This document shows positions 49,901-61,008 of a stretch of DNA of 64,000 bases, one piece after another. The notes under the pieces are model-generated. The model had not been told where the DNA came from. It was given only the letters and a program-made list of their open reading frames with translations, and searched no databases. A program made the translations under genes and the position numbers. The stretch is from NCBI GenBank assembly GCA_951406725.2, contig OX597819.1:30380001-30444000 (forward strand), in the 5' to 3' direction. The stretch is from Octopus vulgaris (Eukaryota). Position 1 is the first letter of the stretch. Each line of letters begins with the position of its first letter.

Positions 49901-52900
49901 AATTTGATTTTAAAAAGGGCTTTTGCCCATTTAATGATGTGTATATATCATAAACATACCATCACTGGTTGTCAAGCAGTGGTGGTAGTGGGACAAACAC
50001 ACACACATGCATATCTGAGTTTCAATGATTGTGTATAGAACAATATATTTATCTATGAAATTTCAACTTTGTCTGATTTTCACATTTTATTATTTGTAAT
50101 TTTTACAATTTTACATATCAATTTCTGTTCACTCATAAAGCTTTGGTGAGCCTGAGGCCATAATTATGACACTAGTATCGATCTATTGCATTTCAATCTG
50201 TTTTAGGGATGGGGGAAGGGTATCTTTTTTTCTTCACAAATGTAAATAAACCCAATCTGTTTCTTAAACAAGGGACATATTCATACGGCACAGAATGCTT
50301 TTTAACTCAATGGACGTCAGTGATTGGTTGAAATTGCAGAAATTGAAGAAAAAAAACAAATATCTTACAAACTATAGAATTTTCTCAATAAAGGCAAGAG
50401 AAAAAGATGTTTTATAAGCACATTCTACCAGTATACGAAGTTTAAAATTTTTTAACTATCTAGAAATTATGTTAAAAACTGCCGTTCAAACCAAAATAAT
50501 CCTGATAAGATAAACAGTTTGTGGTGCTAAATATTTGTTAATTAGAATTCAGCTTTAAACTGAAAAAAATGCATTGGAGGGGGCAATGCATTGCTTACCC
50601 GTGCTTTTTAATTAAACTGAATTAGGCTTTGACAAGAATAGGATTAGAAGTCTAAGATGATGTCAGCTAAAAGTAGACTTGATTAAATATTGCATAGAAT
50701 TTGTGAATTGTTTTCAACATCTTTCAATGATAGCAGGTGAATGAAACTTACTGTAGTTTGTTGTAGGATATAAATAGTATGATCACTTGCGTATGGGGAA
50801 ATTTATAAGTATTTATGTATGTACCTACATGTGTCTACGTGCATGATCTATACACACGCAAACGAGGGTTGATTCAAATAAGGTGTGTGTGTTTACTGTT
50901 CCATGATGGTAAGATCAATAAAAAATGTACTCTATCTGAGAGATAAATAGTATTTAGTAGACATAATACATGTTTTTATATGCTAGTTATAGATTCTTGT
51001 GATGAAAACCTGTCAAAATGATGCATGCCCTGCGTGCATATAAATTCTTTTGCAAAAAATCTGCACGATCAAAACATTTTAATTCTCCCGTCCGTCAGTT
51101 TTGAAAATAAACTAAAATTTAATGAGTTCAAGCCACTCATCCAATGAGTATTTCTACCAGATTTGATGAAAATCTGTTCCGCCATTTTCCAGTAATTTTG
51201 CAAACACAGACAAAAACAAGTGACTACAATACCCTGCTTTTGCTTAGCGTGCAGGGTAATTATTACTCCAGTGATACATGAAGTTATATTAATCTAATAT
51301 CTTCATTTCTATATCTGTTCTTTTATAGTTGTGTGAGTTAGGACATCATCATTTTTACACCGATTGTCATTTTTATACATATATAAAAATTAAATCTTCA
51401 TCTCTAATTAAAAGGAAAAGCATTCTAGTAGATGAATTAGTATTCAGATAATACCTCATCAAGATGATATACTCTGTTTTCATTACATTGTTCATGTTAA
51501 AAGCTGTTACACAATTTTAAGATATTGAAGGTTGTTATTATCAATAAATTTAAGAATTATATTTTTATTTGCACAGACATTAACTTACTCTGTAAACATT
51601 TATTTTTTAGGGCATTGACCCATTTTCTTTGGACCTTTTAGCCAAAGAAGGCATCGTTGCTGTAAGACGAACTAAGCGCAGGAATATGGAAAGGTAACAT
51701 TTTGTATAAAACATCGAGTTCATATTTATTTTTTTGTTTTTTATGAAATTCTCTGAAGCTTATCTCTAAGATTTGATGAACCAAGAACAATAATTATTTA
51801 ATTAAAACCGTTTATGAATTTTGAAATTAACATAATGATTTACTGGAATTTTTTTGTCTTTCAGGCTAGTTCTGGCCTGTGGTGGCTCTGCTATGAATAG
51901 TTTAGATGACCTTACACCTGATTGTCTTGGTTTTGCTGGTATAGTTTATGAACATGTGCTGGTATGTGATAACTCTTGACATTTTTGACATATTCTGTAT
52001 ATAAACTATATATGTAACTCAATTTTGAAATATGCCTGAGGTTTAGATGGGTCAGTCTGCACAAGTGTTTGAGAAGGTACCATATATTATGCCCAAAGAA
52101 TGGTAAAATATTGTATATTCATAGCTGACTGGGGTTGACCCCATCTGCAATACATAGCATGAGATTACGCAATTGATATTTACATTTAGATCACAACAGC
52201 TCAGGACACAAGCCTGCTGTGTCTAGTCATTTTTATGTATGGACTGTTATTGAAATTAACTGACAGCCTATATTTTTCATGAGATGGAACAGGACCTGCT
52301 ATCAGCATCAGTGTCTGACCTCGTCTGGAGTCATAATAGTTAGTGTGTTGTCAGTAGTTTGACACCTCACTATATTGAACACGGTTAACATTTTAAGTGT
52401 AGTGAAATAGATTTGTCTGAGATTTGAAAGTGGACTGTCTTAATGCACCGAAATCTTCAAATCTTAGTGAATTTGTCAATAACAATTGTAATAAGATATT
52501 TTAATGGGGATGTGTAAATTATAGTATTGTCTTTATTCATTCTGGTGATGCTTTAAGAAGAATATATTATATAAATTTTGATCAATACTTCCAACAGTGG
52601 CTGAATATATTGAAACTATGGTATTAGCTTGAAGTATTTTCATGAATTTTCATTCTTTCTTAGCTTGCAAATATTTTTAATGTCAACCATTTAAAAGTGG
52701 TTATAGGACACATTTTATGAAATCAAGGACTTCGTGCTAGAGCATTGTCCTGATGAAACAAGACCCTTTCATTAGTTTACTTGGGTATTTGGTCATGATG
52801 GCTCTTAGTAACTATCTTAGCAAGTTGGCACAGTACTCTCAATTGATGGTGTATCTGTTTTGAAGATAGTCAATAAACAATGCCTTTTACATCCAAAAAT

Positions 52901-55900
52901 CTGAGCTCATCACCCTCACTGCAAATGAAACACCCTTAGTCTTCTTTGGATCAGGTGAGGAGGAGTGTTTCCACTGCATGGATTGTCTCTCTAGCACTGG
53001 CTCAAAGTGATGAAGCCAGCACTCATCTTGGCTTAGGAAACAACGTTATTAATAAGAGGGGTTGAAATTATTGCCTGCAAGATTTCACAGCTCTAGCATC
53101 ACTCCTTCATAGTCAGCCTATGAAATTTTCAGCCCACTCTCATACAATAGAAGTGGTAAGTCTTGAGTGAATGAAAGCTTTAATTTCACTTTTATCTTTC
53201 ATACTATATATATATATATTTCTTTTTTTAATATTTTGTGAGAGTATTTTGTCTTACTTTAACTAATGGTTGAAATTTTTATTATCAAGTTATGCTACAC
53301 TTTCATTATTAGGGTGAAGACAAATTTACTTTTGTTGAGGAGTGCAAGAACCCTCGGTCCGTCACTATTCTTATTAAGGGACCCAACAAACATACAATTG
53401 TTCAAATCAAGGATGCCGTTAGAGATGGTCTTCGAGCAGTGAAGAATGCTATTGAAGATGGTGAGTTGATATGGATGCCTACTTTAATTTATCATTTTTT
53501 GATACCAACCTGCCTGAGACTGCCCTTGGTCCTATTGTTCAAACCCCGTCTTATAAAATGATCTAAATTAAAACCCTCTGTCAAAATTTCATATGTTGCA
53601 AACGCCAGCTTAATAATGATAAAATTATTTTACTGAAGTTCTCATCATTTTCATAATTATTTAAACAAAAGCCATGTATATCATCACAAATATAGTAATA
53701 AAAGGGTTAATCAGGTCTTAGAATTTGAAATACTTCAACAAACTGTAGATATTTTGTTGTGATACTGTAAACAACATACAATGTTTAGATTATGGAATAA
53801 ATTCAGTATATATTGGTTTCAAGAATTATTTAAACATTTATTCATCTTTCATACTTTAGTATTTAAGTAGATAGAAACCTCAGAATTTTTTTTTTTTTAA
53901 TGTTTTTTTTTTTTTCATCAGAAGAATTTAAAAAATTTTTGTTTGGATTGTTTGAGCAATTAATGCATTCAACTATAATGTCTAACCTTTTTAAAACTAG
54001 TTTATGGAACAGGCCTTTCATGTTAGGAATGCAGCTCTAAGTGCATAACAAACATTTAGTCTAGAACCATTTACCCATAGTAATACTACTTAATCTGAAG
54101 AATATCACATCAAGTTAAGTAATAGGATACTTTAATTAAATGAGACTTTTGCTTCAGTTAAGTAAATGTTTGGTGGTGGTGGTGGGATTCCTAACAATGT
54201 TTCCATTGTAAATAGTTATCACAAATGTTTTTAGTCTATTTTTATTTCTCTAATATGTTTTTTCATTTTATATTTAATGGAATTACCCATCTTAAGCACT
54301 AATATGCATATTGGAATTTCTAGCTTGCTTATGCTACCATATTTGGTGGGCTTATAAAGTCATTAGTTACATATTTCTTTTTTTTTGGACAGAATGAGTT
54401 AAATGTCACCTCTGAAGATCCTAATAAAGTTTGAAAGCTGAATCAGATAGTGCATGTAGAAATATGTTCTCATTTATTGTATTTATATAAATTTTATGCA
54501 GCTTTGGTTAAATTTTACTGTTTCTATTGATTTGTGTATGCCAATTAAAAAGTGTTTGATTAACTGATGCCTTGTAAATAGCATCCAGTCCACACTGTAG
54601 AGTGATTGGCATTGGGAAGGGCATCCAGCTGCAAAAACATTGCCAAAAATGACCTTGCCTGTACTTGTGCCACATAAAAAGCACTCAGTCCACTCCGCTG
54701 GGTCGTTGGTGTTAAGAAGGGCATCCAGCTGTAAAAACCCTGCTAAAACAGACACAGAAGTCTGGTGCGGGCTTCTATCAAACTGTCCAACCCATGCCAG
54801 CATGGAAGGCAGACATTAAACGATGATGATGATGATAAGCTGCAATACCATCATTCAGTGACCACTCTTCAATTACCTTCTTTCTTTGAGTCTTCCTCTC
54901 ACAAGCATTGTGGTATGTTTTACTAATCACCAGATAATTGTAATTCATTATAACCTCTTCTACCACTCTTGTTAATGCGTTCCAAACAGATTTTATTTTT
55001 GTCATTTTACGTCCACTTTTCAGGTGGATTGGATTGGTCATTATCGTCTGTTCTTATTTGGTGTTACTACCCTCCTAGAATGTTTAGAACCATATCTCTT
55101 ACATTTAATTTTTTTGCATGATTTCTGTGGCTGGATGCCCTTCCTTTTACCAACCACATTACAGTATATTAGTAGATGTATTTTATTGTGGTATCAATGT
55201 TAGAGAGGATATCATTACTTGGCCAAAACCCTCTGTGTCCTATGTTGTCTCCATGCATTTTATTATGACACCAGTACTGACATGTGATAGGTTTTAACAT
55301 ATTAAATATTTTCATTTTACAAGGCTGTGTTCTACCTGGAGCCGGTGCTTTTGAAATTGCAGCATATCGTGAATTAATGAAATATAAAGAGGAAGTAAAA
55401 GGTCGTGCCAGACTTGGTAAGTTGGAATCGTATGTTAATGGAAAAGTGTGTTACAGAGCTGATTGATCTTTAACAGTTTAGCAATCAAATTGGCCATTTC
55501 CAATACCAATATTCTACCTGTTTTATGTTTAAACTAGCCAAATCTGGCCTCTTACGCTTACTCTACAATGTCATTCTGAAAATTAATATTTACTTAATCA
55601 AAATCACAGCTACAATATAATACATGGTTAATACAAATACTGTGAACAGATAAGCATTACATTTGACTAAGTAATCTGAATGCTAAAGGGTTAAGTTCTT
55701 AATTCTTTATTGCCAGAATTATATTTCAGTTTATTTCATAGAATTGAATTGTTTTGTTTTCCAATGGTTCAGGTGTTTTTAAGTTGAGTTCATGAAGTAG
55801 ATACTGTTGCATTCTACATTTCAATTATTAAGTCTTTTTTTTTTTTTTTTGTTAGATATCATTTGAATTTCAATTATTTTAAAATATGATGCTTTACTTG

Positions 55901-57399
55901 CCCTCCTTTATTTTTCATTTCTAACAGGTGTACAGGCATATGCTGAAGCCATTCTAATCATTGTCAAGGTATTAGCCCAAAACTCTGGTTTGGATGCACA
56001 AGAAACCATGGTAAAACTTCTCCAGGAATACACATCTCCATCTCAGTCTGTAGGCTTAGATATCAAATCAGGTTAGACTTTTACAGTTTTAAATTTGATA
56101 ATCATTTTAATATCCATTTTTCTTTCTTGTATGGGAGTCAAAGAAAATTCGTTGAGGCAGATTTTATTCAGTTGGATGCTTTTCCTTCACCTGCTTCCAC
56201 ACAAGGCAACATTTGCCCCAAGTCCTTAGAACATGGGCAGCACAATGACCAGGCATGTTTTCATGGAATATTTCAAATAAATCAAATTGCAAGTATGATG
56301 ACAATGTTTGTTGACAATTAGCCTGTGATGTCAAGACATGAAGACCTGAACTCACACACTCTGACCACATACAACAGGTTTCTTTCAGTTCCTTTCTACC
56401 ACATCCACTCAAAAGTATTGGTTGCCCAGGGCAAGACATTTATCCAAAGTGGCTTGCTGTGTGGTTGAACCCAAAACCACATTGTTGTGAAGCAAACTCC
56501 TTAACAACACAACCATATCTTTGCTTTCCAGACGTAGTTGTAAATATTATTTGTTTATTTATTTATGGAAGCACTCTGTCGGTTACGACGACGAGGGTTC
56601 CGGTTGATCCGATCAACGGAACAGTCTGCTTGTGAAATTAACGTGTAAGTGGCTGAGCACTCCACAGACATATGTACCCTTAACGTAGTTCTCGGGGATA
56701 TTCAGCATGACACAGAGAGTGACAAGGCCGGTTCTTTGAAATACAGGTACAACAGAAACAGGAAGTAAGAGTGAGAGAAAGTTGTGGTGAAAGAGTACAG
56801 CAGGGATCACCACCATCCCTGCCGGAGCCTCGTGGAGTTTTAGGTGTTTTCGCTCAATAAACACTCACAATGCCTTGTCTGGGAATCAAAACCACGATCC
56901 TACGACCGCGAGTCTGCTGCCCTAACCACTGGGCCATTGCGCCTCCTTATTTATTTAACAGGTATAAGCAAAAGGTATTTTCTTGTAACACTATTATGAA
57001 ATAAACTGTAGCAAAATTTATTGATTGATGTATAGGCACTTAACCTTCTGCTGCTTCTGATTTAAATGATTTTGTCTGGTCAGTTGCTTATATTCAACCA
57101 GAGTTAGAATTGCAGTAGGTACATTTTTACTAATTCCAGTAATTCTGACTCTGGCTCAGAAATAGTTCCTTTCCCCGAAAACTTCTCTTTCAACTTCATC
57201 CATGAACATCATAAGAATATCCGCTATTTTTTATTTATATAAAAATTGACCTCAACTCACTTAGGCAATTTTCTAGTTCTGATGTTTTTGAAATCTAGAC
57301 CTCTTTTGGTTACAGTACAAGATAATTCACTGTTTCTCTAGTAGCCACAAGTTATATAAAGTAGATTACTATTTATCTAGTTGCCACCATGCCTTTTAC

Positions 57400-57441
<42 letters not shown>

Positions 57442-60400
57442 CAAAATGTAACCGCATGTGGTCTGTTGGCAATTTTTATTTTTCCTCCCTCTTCTTTTTC
57501 TTTTGGACTTTCCTCTTCTGTTTCTGAAGAAGAGCTTTGCTTAAAACATAAAACACACTTTCTTCCCTTCTCTGAGCATCTTATTAATACTTGGTGTTGT
57601 TTTTTTCTTGTCCCTTTTTCACTCCATTTTCTTCTAATTTCTCATCCATCATTAACATTATGAATGTATATTATTATTACTACTACTACTACTACTTTCG
57701 TTCCTAGTACCATCTCCCCAAATTAAACTGCTTCCAGTTGCAACTTATCTATTTAAAAATTCTTGTCCCATGTGCTCCATTCCATTCTATTCTGTCACAT
57801 ATTCTTGCCTAGTTGCCAAATAATGATGATGCATTGCTAAATTAAGACTCCCTTGTTTTCCGATCTTTCATACATTCATTCACCATTAACACTTTAAATG
57901 TATCGTTTACGAACAGCTAATCTCTCAGAAGCTAACTAATTAGGATAATTACTCATTTCTTGGTCTGTTTAATTTCTAATTTCTCGTTTCTCTGGTTTTA
58001 TTTCCCATCCATCATGAACATTATGAATGTATATTATTATTACTACCACTTTTGTTCCTCGTACCATCTCCCCAAATTAAACTTTGCTTGTTCTCGCTTG
58101 GCCGCATACAGCAAGGATGACATTCCAAAGGCTGGAGAAGTTTGAATGGGAAACGATGCCCCACCCACCATATTGCCCCATCTGATTATCATTTATTCTG
58201 CAGTCTTTAAAATCATTTGGACGGTAAAATATAAATTCTGTAGATGAGGTCATAACAGTACTGAGAAGTATTTTTTGTCAAGGACAAGTCAATTTTGGAA
58301 GAGGAGCCTTGCAAGTCCATCAGATTGATGGGAGAGCAATTTAGAAAATGGAGAGTATATTTTAGATTGAAAAAGAACTTTATCTTAATTTTGAAAAATA
58401 AGTATTAAAAACTCGCTTTATTTATGGGATGACCCAATACATACGTACCGGCAAGTATACAAGGTACTTAACTGTTTATTTTATTGTCACTCCTCTTATA
58501 CACAGGCAGTTAATAATAGGTAAAATCATATACTAAGAAAAATTGATGTTCCAGTATTATGCAAATTAAATGGGCAAGAAAAACCTGCTACCCATGTTAG
58601 TATGCGAAAATGGATATAAAACAAATGAAATTATGAATTACAGTTAGCAAGGTGTAGTTATGTATTTCTATCTCCTGAACAACAAATTTAGAAAATTTCA
58701 TTTGCTTTAATCATTTGGCTTATATACCAGGATTTACCTCTTTAGTTCTTAGCAATAGTTTTCCATTTTCTGTCAGTTATATATAGCTACCACTCCACCA
58801 CCATACGGGTGGCACGTAAAAAGCACCCACTACACTCTCGGAGTGGTTGGCGTTAGGAAGGGCATCCAGCCGTAGAAACACTGCCAGATCTGACTGGGCC
58901 TGATGAAGCCTTCCAGCTTCACAGACCCCTGTTGAACCGTCCAACCCATGCTAGCATGGAAAGCGGACGCTAAATGATGATGATATAAAATTGTCACAGG
59001 AATGACTGTGTAATTAAGAGGTTTGCTTTCCAACTTCTTGAGTGGATTTGGTAAATGGAGACTGAAAGAAACTCATCATGTGTGTATGTACTCCTTATCT
59101 TGACATTGTGGTACTTGGAAGTGGTCTATGTTTCCAGTTTTTTGAAAATGTATCTGGCCATGGGGGAAATTTTACTTTGTCTGGAAATTGAAGGGTGGTG
59201 ACAGAAATGGCATCTAGCAGTAAAAAAGATCTGCCCTAATGTATTCCATCTGACCCATGCAAGCATGGAAAAAATTAATGTTAAAACAATGATATATATT
59301 GACGCCTATTATTTGACAAAAGCATTTTGAAAAATAGACAACTATGTACATTGTTATTCCATGTTTGGAAGGTTTTGATAAATTTGAACAAAGTAAAAGT
59401 AAAAACAGGTTTTGGATCTTTTCGGTTTGTACGGCAATGCTGTGTAATTCTGTTTACTCTCCATCTAGTTTATGGTGAGGCTGGAAAATAGAGGCTTAAA
59501 AACCTTATTAATATTGTTAGTATTATTGAGGACTAAGTATATCTAAATGTTTTATTTGTTCAGCCTAAGGATCTTGAAGCTGTACCACTCCTTATCACTG
59601 ATTTAAATACAGCATGTGTTTAACAATGGTTAGACTGGATATTTTCTAATTACTATTGCAGATGTTAAACTAAATTTCATTTTAACTTACTCCCTCTACT
59701 TAGTTTACTCAGAGTATCAAATGTACACTTGTCTGAGATCCAAGTAAAATTAACTTCACGAGAAGTAAAGCCTATATTTTTTCCCTCTTACTGCTGCCAT
59801 TTCATACTACTTAATAGTGTTGTTAATGTCACAGTTTAAATGTTGCCTCCCACTCTCTCTCTCTTTTATTCTCCTTCCCCTTCAAACTAAACTGGTCTCC
59901 TATTGTGCTATATTAAAAAAAAAAAATGTCAACTTGCAATTTTTTTTTTCTATATTCAAGCTAGTTGTTTTTCTGTTGCAGGTGAAGCTATTATGCCTAT
60001 TGAGAATGGTATTTTGGACAATTACAGAGTGAAAAGGCAGTTGCTGCATTCTTGGTAAGTTATTTATTGTTGGTGAATATATAAAATGTCAGAAATATGA
60101 CTACCTAGTTTGTGTGCAAATTTCATATGTATTTCAGGAAATAGTAATACTGAATACTTTCCTATTAGAAACCTGAAAAATAAAATGATGCTCAACTGAT
60201 TAGTATATTTTAAGCTTCGTTACCAACCCGGCTGAAACTGGCTCTGAGTACAAATGTTTTGTTTACATAAGTTTTGAATTAAAATCTTCCACCAAACCTT
60301 AGTCACAAATTATGTTCCTAAAACTAGCTGAATGATAACTAAGTTATTTTACTAAATTCTTTATTATATTTAAAGTAATTGAAAGAAACACAGAGCATCT

Positions 60401-61008
60401 CAAAATAAATAGTAACGAAAGGGTTAATATAATTTTACCACATAATTAAATGTTTTGATAAATATATATACACTTGCGTCAGAAATTAATTAGCACTTCT
60501 CAAATTTCTACATTAAATAGGTTAAATCAATTAACCTATGAGCTGTTCAAAACATCTTACGCGATGAGAAAACTTAGTATGGTGTGATTTCGGTCCTTGC
60601 GAGGCGCTACCTATATCTATTAAACAAAGGAAGATTTGTCTGCATCCGCACTCCAAGTTGTTGTTGCACTGCTATGCCAACATCATAAGGCTGTAGACTC
60701 TCAAACTGCTCTGCAAACAAAGTTACGTCATCGTTCTGCGCAACAGTGAACTCGCAACAAAGCAATAGTTCGAGATATGGCCACTAGGTGACAGCACATA
60801 CCTTGAGTGAAGAGCAAATCAAGGGTGCTAATTAATTTCTGACGGTAGTGTACATTGTTTGATGTGTGTTTGTTTTTGTGTCCAAATTTTATTATTGTTT
60901 TAAATATTTATTTATATTTTTTTCATTTTCAGTACCGTTATTGCCAGCAATCTTTTATTAGTAGATGAAATCATGAGAGCAGGGATGTCTTCTTTGAAGG
61001 GTACTTAA
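27064..61008 (+). CDS. CCT6: T-complex protein 1 subunit zeta (CCT-zeta), whole spliced CDS span, 15 exons, 532 aa
   Basis: Exons joined by hand at GT-AG sites give 1599 nt in one open frame: [20 protein letters not shown]...GDGTT...RRNMERL...[15 protein letters not shown]. The N- and C-termini and NLGP/GDGTT motifs are characteristic of CCT zeta. Confidence 0.97.
27268..27282. promoter_or_regulatory. Heat shock element in CCT6 intron 1
   Basis: aGAAt-cTTCc-aGAAt, three perfect alternating nGAAn units 68 nt into intron 1 of a chaperonin gene. Confidence 0.6.
28760..28983 (-). mobile_element. RTE 3'-UTR fragment, intron 1
   Basis: (CAT)n plus conserved 3' terminus. Confidence 0.85.
29795..29858 (+). 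CDS. CCT6: CCT6 exon 2 (64 nt)
   Basis: ttttaag|[22 protein letters not shown] |gtgagt. Confidence 0.96.
30527..30747. mobile_element. piggyBac-like MITE (TTAA, CCCTTTAG termini)
   Basis: ttaa|ccctttag...ctaaaggg|ttaa. Confidence 0.85.
31233..31608 (-). mobile_element. Non-autonomous Helitron, intron 2
   Basis: Near-identical to 6131-6527. Confidence 0.85.
32134..32754. mobile_element. piggyBac-like non-autonomous element
   Basis: ttaa|cccttcgtaggccagcag ... ccgccggtccacaaaggg|tta with internal gggtcc/ggaccc inverted repeats. Confidence 0.7.
33628..33985 (-). mobile_element. RTE 3'-UTR fragment, intron 2
   Basis: (CAT)n plus conserved 3' terminus. Confidence 0.85.
34959..35093 (+). CDS. 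CCT6: CCT6 exon 3 (135 nt)
   Basis: ctttag| [45 protein letters not shown] |gtaagt; ATP-binding GDGTT motif. Confidence 0.97.
35688..35747 (+). CDS. CCT6: CCT6 exon 4 (60 nt)
   Basis: ttttcag| [20 protein letters not shown] |gtaaat. Confidence 0.95.
38020..38355 (+). mobile_element. tRNA-derived SINE (my family D)
   Basis: A box tggcttagtgg; tail cccatggtcattcatgaccgaagggg...tttacc shared with 10335-10530. Confidence 0.75.
38742..38855 (+). CDS. CCT6: CCT6 exon 5 (114 nt)
   Basis: ttacag| [38 protein letters not shown] |gtaagt. Confidence 0.95.
38945..39350. mobile_element. MITE, same GGATC-TIR family, intron 5
   Basis: Both TIRs; TSD ttttattt. Confidence 0.9.
39577..40023. mobile_element. 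piggyBac-like MITE with a second TTAA MITE nested at 39744-39967
   Basis: Outer element matches the uninterrupted copy at 60214-60423; inner element bounded by TTAA. Confidence 0.85.
40772..41142 (+). mobile_element. SINE family C, intron 5
   Basis: Diverged full-length copy. Confidence 0.75.
42336..42546. mobile_element. piggyBac-like MITE, inverse orientation to 30527-30747
   Basis: ttaa|ccctttag...ctaaaggg|ttaa; reverse-complement match. Confidence 0.85.
42890..43392 (+). mobile_element. Non-autonomous Helitron variant, intron 5
   Basis: Same termini, different GC-rich interior at about 43100-43310. Confidence 0.85.
43982..44097. repeat. Perfect 57-bp tandem duplication
   Basis: atttaggtggaaggggctgttcactacagtgtaaccctctaaagaacaaaaattgga twice. 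Confidence 0.95.
44256..44359 (+). CDS. CCT6: CCT6 exon 6 (104 nt)
   Basis: ttccag| [36 protein letters not shown]|gttagt. Confidence 0.94.
46486..46596 (+). CDS. CCT6: CCT6 exon 7 (111 nt)
   Basis: ttccag|[39 protein letters not shown]|gtaagt. Confidence 0.96.
46671..47808 (+). mobile_element. RTE LINE fragment with internal deletion, CCT6 intron 7
   Basis: [15 protein letters not shown]...YADDLAL, jumps from LRVNL to VARLDE, then 3' UTR and (TGA)n. Confidence 0.9.
47930..48089 (+). CDS. CCT6: CCT6 exon 8 (160 nt)
   Basis: ttctag|[54 protein letters not shown] |gtaggt. Confidence 0.96.
48932..49272 (-). mobile_element. SINE family C, intron 8
   Basis: Diverged copy. Confidence 0.75.
50158..50502. 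mobile_element. MITE, GGATC-TIR family, left end missing
   Basis: Interior and right TIR match 2982-3399. Confidence 0.8.
50985..51262 (+). mobile_element. Helentron/DINE-1-like element remnant
   Basis: ccagatttgatgaaaatc core and terminal hairpin taccctgc...gcagggta. Confidence 0.45.
51611..51693 (+). CDS. CCT6: CCT6 exon 9 (83 nt)
   Basis: ttttag| [29 protein letters not shown]|gtaaca. Confidence 0.96.
51865..51961 (+). CDS. CCT6: CCT6 exon 10 (97 nt)
   Basis: tttcag|[33 protein letters not shown] |gtatgt. Confidence 0.96.
52032..52487 (+). ncRNA. Candidate structured intronic RNA(s), H/ACA-like
   Basis: Four to five consecutive hairpins in unique sequence, three followed by ACA-NNN; folded by eye only. 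Confidence 0.35.
52700..53035 (-). pseudogene. Mariner transposase relic, intron 10
   Basis: Minus-strand fragments [33 protein letters not shown]. Confidence 0.75.
53313..53460 (+). CDS. CCT6: CCT6 exon 11 (148 nt)
   Basis: tattag| [50 protein letters not shown]|gtgagt. Confidence 0.96.
54560..54836 (+). mobile_element. Older RTE-like 3' fragment, intron 11
   Basis: gaagggcatccagctg repeats, cccatgccagcatgg, (GAT)n. Confidence 0.7.
55324..55416 (+). CDS. CCT6: CCT6 exon 12 (93 nt)
   Basis: tacaag|[33 protein letters not shown]|gtaagt. Confidence 0.95.
55928..56071 (+). CDS. CCT6: CCT6 exon 13 (144 nt)
   Basis: taacag|[50 protein letters not shown]|gttaga. Confidence 0.94.
56567..56946 (-). 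mobile_element. tRNA-derived SINE family A, intron 13
   Basis: Reverse complement of 1832-2214; ttatttattta on both sides. Confidence 0.9.
58805..58985 (+). mobile_element. RTE 3'-UTR fragment, intron 13
   Basis: Near-identical to 1540-1715. Confidence 0.85.
59982..60054 (+). CDS. CCT6: CCT6 exon 14 (73 nt)
   Basis: ttgcag|[27 protein letters not shown]|gtaagt. Confidence 0.95.
60214..60423. mobile_element. piggyBac-like MITE, intron 14
   Basis: TTAA flanks; same family as the elements at 16658 and 39577. Confidence 0.8.
60471..60850. mobile_element. Tc1/mariner-type MITE
   Basis: ta|cacttgcgtcagaaattaattagcac ... gtgctaattaatttctgacggtagtg|ta. Confidence 0.85.
60933..61008 (+). CDS. CCT6: CCT6 exon 15, coding part (76 nt including TAA)
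   Basis: tttcag|[28 protein letters not shown]. Confidence 0.96.

Noticed and set aside
52032-52393. Telomerase RNA
   Set aside because: Size and H/ACA-like end are suggestive, but no CCCTAA-type template is present.
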